Assembly (NCBI GenBank): GCA_020852955.1
Contig: JADYZW010000016.1
Location: 130,801 to 194,800 of the forward strand
From: Deltaproteobacteria bacterium
Lineage (GTDB): Bacteria; Desulfobacterota; Binatia; UTPRO1
Reading direction: 5' to 3'
DNA length: 64,000 nucleotides
Positions 59,057 through 64,000 of the stretch are shown piece by piece. The notes under the pieces were generated by a model. The model saw only the letters and a program-made list of their open reading frames with translations, was not told the DNA's origin and ran no database searches. Both the position numbers and the translations under genes were made by a program. Position 1 is the first letter of the stretch. Each line of letters opens with the position of its first letter.

Positions 59057-60907
59057 TCAGAACGCCTGCCCGATGCTGAAGTGGACCTGCCAGCGCCGCT
59101 CGCCTTTCGGCGGGTCGAGCGGCACGCCGAAGTCGACGCGCAGCGGACCGACGAGGGTGTGGTAGCGCACCCCGACGCCGGTCCCGAACTCGAGATCGCC
59201 GAGCGTCCAGCTCGCGACCCGCCGTCGCACCTCTCCCGCGTCGAAGAAGATCGCGCCGCCGAACGGCCCGTAGACCGGCGTCCGCAGCTCGAGGCTCGCC
59301 TCGAGCAGGCTCCGTCCGCCCACCGGATCCTCGTCGTCGTTCAAGGGCCCCAGCATGTGCCGTCCGTAGCCGCGCGTGCTGGTGATGCCACCGGCGTAGA
59401 AGCGACGGAACATCGGGAGGTCGCGGCTCTGGCCGAAGCCGTCCCCGGTCCCGAGGCGGACGCGGCCGGCGAGCGTGCGCCCGCCCGGCAGCGGCACGTA
59501 GGCCTTGGCGTCGACGACGGCCGTGTAGAAGGAGTACGCGCCCTGCCACGGCCCGCCCGCCTGCTCGACCGCGAGGGTCACGACACTGCCCTCGCGCGGG
59601 TCGAGGAGGTCGACGGTCGTGTTGCGCTCGACCACGCCGGTCAGGCTCGAGACGATCCCGCGGCCGACGTAGGCGTCGCGGCCGCCGTCGAGGCGCGCGA
59701 CCGTGGCGCTCGGCACGTTGCTGAGATCGTCGTACTCGACGCTGTACCCGGCCGAGACGGTCAGGCGTCGGGGGAGCTTGCGCTCGATCCGCGGCGCGAA
59801 GCGGATCCGCGCCACCGTGAAGCCCGGCTCGTCGTCGCGCAGCTGCGTGAGCGGCGCAATGAAGGTCTGCTGCGGGTGCAGGAAGTACGGCTGGCGGAAC
59901 TCGCCTTCGACCACCTGCTCGATCTCGGACCCCTTGAGGCGAAACCCGAGCTGCCGGCCGCCGCCGAAGAAATCGTTGTGCTGCCAGCGCAGCTGGCCGC
60001 GAACGCCGTCCTCGAGACCGTAGCCGACGCCGGCGAGGATCTCGCGCGGCGGCCCCTCGACCACCGTGACCGCGACGTCGACGACGCCGCTCCGCTCGTC
60101 GAGGTTGCGCGGTCGGACGAGCACCGAACGGAACAGGCGCAGGCCGAAGATGCGCGCCTGCGTCTCGTCGAGCTTCCCGGGATCGAACGGATCGCCCTGC
60201 CGGTACGCGATCTCGCGGCGCACGAGGCGCATCGCGACCTGGCTCGTCCCCTCGACGTAGGTGATGCCGAAGACGGCGGCGCGCCCGCGCGTCGCCAGGT
60301 AGCGGACCTCGGCCTCGTGGGTGCCGGTATCGACGCGCGCCGCCTTCTCGACGCGCGCGTACGCGAAGCCGCGCCGCTCGAGCCGGAGCGCAATCCGGTC
60401 GCGGCCGGCGTCGTAGGCCGCCTGGGTGAAGGGCGCGCCCGCGACGAACGGGACCTCGGCGCGCAGGGCTTCCTCCTCCGCGCCAGTCGGCGAGAAATCG
60501 ACGGTCTCGACGGCGACGCTCTTCAGCACGACGACCGGCCCCTCGTGTACGACCACAACGACGGTCACGCGGTTGCCGTCCAGTATCAGATCGCAGTCGA
60601 CGGCGGCCTCGTAGCGGCCCGCCTCGCGAAGCCACGCTCGAATCCGCTCGAGATCGCTCCGCAGAAGATTGGGGTCGAAGATCGCGGGCTCGAGCCAGCG
60701 CTTCCAGGGTTGGTACCAGGGCGTCGGATGCATGCGCATCACGGAGCGCAGCGCACGCACCGAGACCGTCTCGGCACCCTCGATGCGTACGGCGGCCAGC
60801 GCGTAGACCGCATCGGGGTCCAGCGCATCGAGCGGAACGGCGGCCGCGCCGGCCGGGGCCAGGAGCACGAAGAAGAGCACGGCCCACCGCATCCGCGTCC
60901 GCCACAT
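59057..60907 (-). CDS. tamA: Omp85-family outer membrane protein, TamA/BamA-like (POTRA domains plus beta-barrel)
   Basis: Has a signal peptide after M30 (MWRTRMRWAVLFFVLLAPAGAAA), POTRA-like repeats, and a C-terminal barrel ending in ...VHFSIGQAF (terminal aromatic residue). Its stop is 1 nt from the tamB start. Confidence 0.8.
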   Translation of the reverse strand: MWRTRMRWAVLFFVLLAPAGAAAVPLDALDPDAVYALAAVRIEGAETVSVRALRSVMRMHPTPWYQPWKRWLEPAIFDPNLLRSDLERIRAWLREAGRYEAAVDCDLILDGNRVTVVVVVHEGPVVVLKSVAVETVDFSPTGAEEEALRAEVPFVAGAPFTQAAYDAGRDRIALRLERRGFAYARVEKAARVDTGTHEAEVRYLATRGRAAVFGITYVEGTSQVAMRLVRREIAYRQGDPFDPGKLDETQARIFGLRLFRSVLVRPRNLDERSGVVDVAVTVVEGPPREILAGVGYGLEDGVRGQLRWQHNDFFGGGRQLGFRLKGSEIEQVVEGEFRQPYFLHPQQTFIAPLTQLRDDEPGFTVARIRFAPRIERKLPRRLTVSAGYSVEYDDLSNVPSATVARLDGGRDAYVGRGIVSSLTGVVERNTTVDLLDPREGSVVTLAVEQAGGPWQGAYSFYTAVVDAKAYVPLPGGRTLAGRVRLGTGDGFGQSRDLPMFRRFYAGGITSTRGYGRHMLGPLNDDEDPVGGRSLLEASLELRTPVYGPFGGAIFFDAGEVRRRVASWTLGDLEFGTGVGVRYHTLVGPLRVDFGVPLDPPKGERRWQVHFSIGQAF

Positions 60908-61247
60908 CGGGGCGCCGATGCTATCGAGACCTTCTCGCGGCGGGCAAATCAGGCCGCGCGCGGAGCGCCGAAAAGCTGTCACCGTGTACGACAAATGGAC
61001 GGTCGATCGACATCGGCGACGCTCCGACGGCAGCTGTCATATGGCAAACTGCTGAAAACTCGTATGCTTTTCATTGGCGATCGCGGCCCGCAGTTTGCAT
61101 GATCGAGACGCGAGGATGATGATGCGTCGACGCGACCGCGCGCCGTGGCGACCCTGTCGTGCGGAGCGCGAAAGCCACACCATGAGGCGCCACGCATCCC
61201 GCATGCGAGACTGCCATGATCTCGCACAAGTGCATGAAAACTCTGAA

Positions 61248-61307
61248 GTTCACCGATGTTCACGATGATTATTTTTCTTGACAAGGCTCCGACGGGGCTC
61301 CTATATG
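61248..61307 (+). promoter_or_regulatory. Direct repeat GTTCAC-N4-GTTCAC, an AT-rich UP-like tract, then TTGACA-N17/18-TATAT(G) promoter
   Basis: Read directly: GTTCACCGAT GTTCACGATG (61248-61267), ATTATTTTTC, TTGACA (61278-61283) and CTATATG (61301-61307). It lies about 210 nt upstream of ATG 61514. Confidence 0.45.
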
Positions 61308-61513
61308 TCGATCTCGCGACTTGGATGAAGCACTCGCGTGCCGTTCGCTTGCTGGTTCGGATCATCACCTTCAGTTAGAAAAAATAACGTTAGGAAGCCG
61401 CTACGAATCCCCCGATGGTCATGAGCATGCACGAGCTTTCCGGTGTGTCGTGGACAGCACCACCTCGCGTACGGCTCGGCCGTCCCCAACCAACCCGACG
61501 AAGGAGGGTACCC

Positions 61514-62203
61514 ATGAAGAAGCACATTCTCGCAGCGGGCGCTGCGGCGCTGCTGCTCGGTATGGCCAGCCTGGCCAGCGCTGCTGCCACGCCGTGCGCC
61601 GTCACCTACCCGCACCCGGCGAGCGCCAAGCAGATCAAGTCGAGCCTGGTGCAGGCGTTCGTGTCCTGCAACAACCCGGGCGGCAACGTTCCGAACGCCA
61701 CCACGGAGAGCGGCACCGTCCCGACCTGCTATCCGTCCGAGACCTACCACCAGAACGCCGGCAGTCCTGCGCTCGGCTGGGTCTTCGGCCCGAAGGGCAA
61801 GGGCGACATCTCGTTCAAGGCGGGCAAGAACAAGTGCGTCGCGCCGGAGTGTCCGCTCAACCCGGCTGGGGCCGTCGACCTCTTCATCCAGCTGAAGATG
61901 GCGGACATCACTGACAACTCGGGTCTCGCGACCAGCAACGGCAGCGTCGGGACGGTCGCGCGTGCGACCTTCCCGGATCGCGCCGAGTCCGCCCTCGGTC
62001 CGATGACGGTCATCGACTTCCCGACCTCGTTCGGGGTGTCGGCGGCGGCGGGCAAGATCTCGAAGAAGACCTCGGCCTCCGTGATCCTGAACGCCCTCAG
62101 CCAGCCGGCGCTTCCGCCCTGCACCACGATCGAGGTGGTCGCGGTCCTGGTGAAGGATCCGAACGGCAACCCGTTCGCGAGCATGGGTACTTACCTCCCG
62201 TAA
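61514..62203 (+). CDS. Secreted 6-Cys protein of unknown function
   Basis: An SD (AAGGAGGG) lies 5 nt upstream of ATG 61514. The Sec signal is MKKHILAAGAAALLLGMASLASAAA. No family was recognised. The in-frame upstream ATGs at 61415-61427 lack an SD. Confidence 0.7.
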   Translation: MKKHILAAGAAALLLGMASLASAAATPCAVTYPHPASAKQIKSSLVQAFVSCNNPGGNVPNATTESGTVPTCYPSETYHQNAGSPALGWVFGPKGKGDISFKAGKNKCVAPECPLNPAGAVDLFIQLKMADITDNSGLATSNGSVGTVARATFPDRAESALGPMTVIDFPTSFGVSAAAGKISKKTSASVILNALSQPALPPCTTIEVVAVLVKDPNGNPFASMGTYLP

Positions 62204-62213
62204 CTCGCTGCGC

Positions 62214-62885
62214 TTGATCGCTTCGTTTCAGTTGTCCTACACGAGCCACCCGCCCCGTCCACGGGCGGGTGGCTTCGTTTCGTGCGCCGTGCTCCTGCTC
62301 TCCTTCGGCGCGTTCGCCTGCTCACCGAGCGAGGCTCCGCGGCCTGCCGCGAACGCCACGAGCGCGCCCGTCGTCGTCGCCACCACCGCGGCCGCCGCCC
62401 CGGCGCCTGCAGCACCACCGGAAGCGCCGGCGGCCACCGCGAATCCTGCGGCCGCGACCGACATGAACGACTTCTCCGACACCGCCGACTTCGAGTGGAA
62501 CTTCGAGGAAGAGGCAAGCGGCACGGATTTCGAGATCGACGTCGGCGCCACGACCTTCTACATGCCGCGCGGCAACATCGTCACGTTCAAGGCGAAGGCG
62601 CTGAACGGGACGCCGCCCTTCAGCTTCACCTGGGACTTCGGCGACGGCTCTCCGCCAGGCACAGGCGAGGTGATCAAGCACCGCTTCGAAAAGCTCGGCA
62701 ACCTCGACGTCATGGTGCGCGCCAAGGATGCGACCGGCGCCACGGCGTTCATGGAGCTCGGAATCCTCGTCCACCATCCGGTCGACTACGCGTACCGCAT
62801 GCAGGAAGACGCGAAGACGATCGAGGAGCTGAAGACGCGCTATCCCGATTGGGCCGGGTCACCCAACCCGGCCGTCACCCCGTAG
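62214..62885 (+). CDS. PKD-domain secreted protein or lipoprotein; start uncertain
   Basis: PKD signature FTWDFGDGSPPGTGEVIKHRFEKLGNLDVMVRAKD. The N-terminal hydrophobic segment ends in FGAFAC. The track start at 62214 is a TTG upstream of the terminator hairpin, and an alternative GTG lies at 62289. Confidence 0.65.
   Translation: MIASFQLSYTSHPPRPRAGGFVSCAVLLLSFGAFACSPSEAPRPAANATSAPVVVATTAAAAPAPAAPPEAPAATANPAAATDMNDFSDTADFEWNFEEEASGTDFEIDVGATTFYMPRGNIVTFKAKALNGTPPFSFTWDFGDGSPPGTGEVIKHRFEKLGNLDVMVRAKDATGATAFMELGILVHHPVDYAYRMQEDAKTIEELKTRYPDWAGSPNPAVTP
62245..62282 (+). terminator. Intrinsic terminator: perfect 11-bp GC stem, 7-nt loop, T-rich tail
   Basis: GCCACCCGCCC-CGTCCAC-GGGCGGGTGGC followed by TTCGTTTCG, 42 nt after the stop of 61514-62203. 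Confidence 0.6.
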
Positions 62886-64000
62886 ATCGCGAGCGGCACG
62901 AGCTTCCGGATCACCGTCGTCGGCGGGGTGTTGGCGGGCGAATCGGGCAGATGGATCGCGAGATCCGCGTCCGCCGCGACGGACGTGAACGCGAGTCCGG
63001 ACACGTGCGGCGCCGGGGCATAGCGGCTCTGGATCCAATAGGCCGGCCGGCCGCCCTTCACGAGATGATCGAGGAGCGCCCTCCAGGCCGGTCCGCCGCC
63101 GGTCGCGAGGATGGTCTCGCGGCCGTAGACGAGCCAGAGCGCCACCTGCATCTGGAGATCGGCGAAGCCGCCGTCCACGACCACCACGGCGTTCCCGGGA
63201 AGGCGCTCCGCGATCGCACCGACGGACGCGAGGCTTCCCGCGAAGTAGGGCGCCGCCCGCAGGGCGAGGATCGGGCGCACCTGCCACGCGAACGTGACCC
63301 CGAGGAGCGCGACGGCCGCGGTGCGCCACGCCCGTCGTGGCGATTCCCGGAGCGCGGCGAGCGTGGCTCCGGCGAACAACGCCGCGCCCGGGAGCACGAT
63401 CGGCAGGTAGCGCCGCATCGACCACGGCTGGTAGTCGGCGACCCGCGGGCTCGGAACGAACACGAGCGCCACCAGGAGCACCAGCAGGACGGCGAAGCGA
63501 CCCGCCCGTCCGCCTCTCCACCACGAGACGCCGAGCCCCGCGACGGCGAGCGCGAAGCCGGGCGGCGACAGCGACCCCGCGAGCCATCCGAGATGGCGTA
63601 CGCTGTCCATGCGGCCCCCGATCCGGAGATAGAGCGCGACCACCGCGATCGTCGCGCCCGCGGCGAGGGACCGCAGCGTCGTACGGCCGACCGGCCACCC
63701 CCGCGCGGTGGCCGCGAGCGCGACCACCGCGGGCACGACCGGCGCCAGGACGAGGAAACTCAGGATGCGGCCGTCCCCGAGCGCCGGGAGCATCGAGAGC
63801 GTCAGACGGGCGCGCGCCAGCGCCAGATCGTTCAGGAGATACGCGACGTGATGATTCGGGGAGCCGAAGAGCCCGATCGTCGCGAGCCCCCAGGCGCAGG
63901 CCGCGCCCGCGATCGCCGCGGCGAGCTCGCCCCGCGCGACCGGGCTCGTGAGCGCCCACCAGACGAGCGCCGCGAACGTGAAGAGCGCCGTCTCCGCGCG
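62840..64000 (-). CDS. Polytopic membrane protein, partial (5' end beyond the window); possibly a GT-C-type glycosyltransferase
   Basis: The frame stays open from 63793 to the window edge (...TFAALVWWALTSPVARGELAAAIAGAACAWGLATIGLFGSPNHHVAYLL...). It has many TM-like segments and a soluble C-terminal part. The family assignment is only a guess. Confidence 0.5.
   Translation of the reverse strand, partial: RAETALFTFAALVWWALTSPVARGELAAAIAGAACAWGLATIGLFGSPNHHVAYLLNDLALARARLTLSMLPALGDGRILSFLVLAPVVPAVVALAATARGWPVGRTTLRSLAAGATIAVVALYLRIGGRMDSVRHLGWLAGSLSPPGFALAVAGLGVSWWRGGRAGRFAVLLVLLVALVFVPSPRVADYQPWSMRRYLPIVLPGAALFAGATLAALRESPRRAWRTAAVALLGVTFAWQVRPILALRAAPYFAGSLASVGAIAERLPGNAVVVVDGGFADLQMQVALWLVYGRETILATGGGPAWRALLDHLVKGGRPAYWIQSRYAPAPHVSGLAFTSVAADADLAIHLPDSPANTPPTTVIRKLVPLAIYGVTAGLGDPAQSG

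Noticed and set aside
55900-59079. 1059-aa plus-strand ORF and 686-aa minus-strand off-frame ORF (56975-59035) inside tamB
   Set aside because: Both are Arg-rich alternative frames of the TamB gene. Only the 55306-59055 frame gives a signal anchor and a DUF490-like C-terminus.
61084-61100. Sigma-54-like element CGGCCCGCAGTTTGCAT on the plus strand
   Set aside because: The GG-N10-GC spacing is right, but the -24 half is poor (CGGCCC versus TGGCAC). It lies more than 400 nt from the nearest start codon and upstream of a better sigma-70-type promoter.

Overview
This is a 64-kb, very GC-rich (roughly 70% by eye) chromosomal segment from a diderm bacterium. The Lpt, Kdo, Tam and Lnt genes establish the diderm envelope. 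A Myxococcus-type Cys-rich repeat, a SahR-type regulator and the rpoN-hpf-ptsN-hprK-rapZ layout suggest a deltaproteobacteria-like or Myxococcota-related lineage, but that is inference only.

I can support about 58 protein-coding genes. Most are core housekeeping genes, tightly packed and often joined by 4-nt ATGA/GTGA start/stop overlaps:
- prfB (with its programmed +1 frameshift), lnt, ybeY, phoH, alaS, recX, pilT, recA, thpR, cinA, pgpA.
- lexA, mltG, hemW, egtB/egtD, sufT, sahR-ahcY, metK.
- A regulatory PTS-Ntr block (ptsH, EIIA-Man, rapZ, hprK, ptsN), then hpf, rpoN, lptBAC, kdsD, kdsA, pyrG, kdsB.
- A fumarase/aspartase-family lyase, a Baeyer-Villiger monooxygenase, and tamB/tamA.

I found no rRNA, tRNA, CRISPR array, transposase or integrase.

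Most of the long ORFs in the six-frame track are Arg/Pro/Ala-rich antisense or off-frame artefacts of the high GC content. I do not call them.

Observations most worth follow-up:
1. A translationally coupled luxE-like / luxC-like / class-III aminotransferase operon with no luciferase genes. It is a candidate carboxylate -> aldehyde -> amine module.
2. The same 17-bp direct-repeat element, TTCGCY-N5-TTCGCY, embedded in the sigma70-like promoters of both lexA and recA. It is a candidate SOS operator.
3. A 1119-aa secreted mosaic protein: beta-helix-like Gly/Asp repeats, a Cys-rich CxxCGDG repeat, a 166-aa Thr/Pro linker and a duplicated 4-Cys domain.
4. An NYN / OST-HTH protein with histone-H1-like and Arg-rich tails.
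5. A 600-nt lower-GC intergenic region with an activator-type direct repeat, a strong promoter and a ~200-nt leader, upstream of two secreted proteins of unknown function.
6. A pilT-family ATPase inserted between recA and recX.

Every functional call rests on motif and family recognition by eye. No database search was run.
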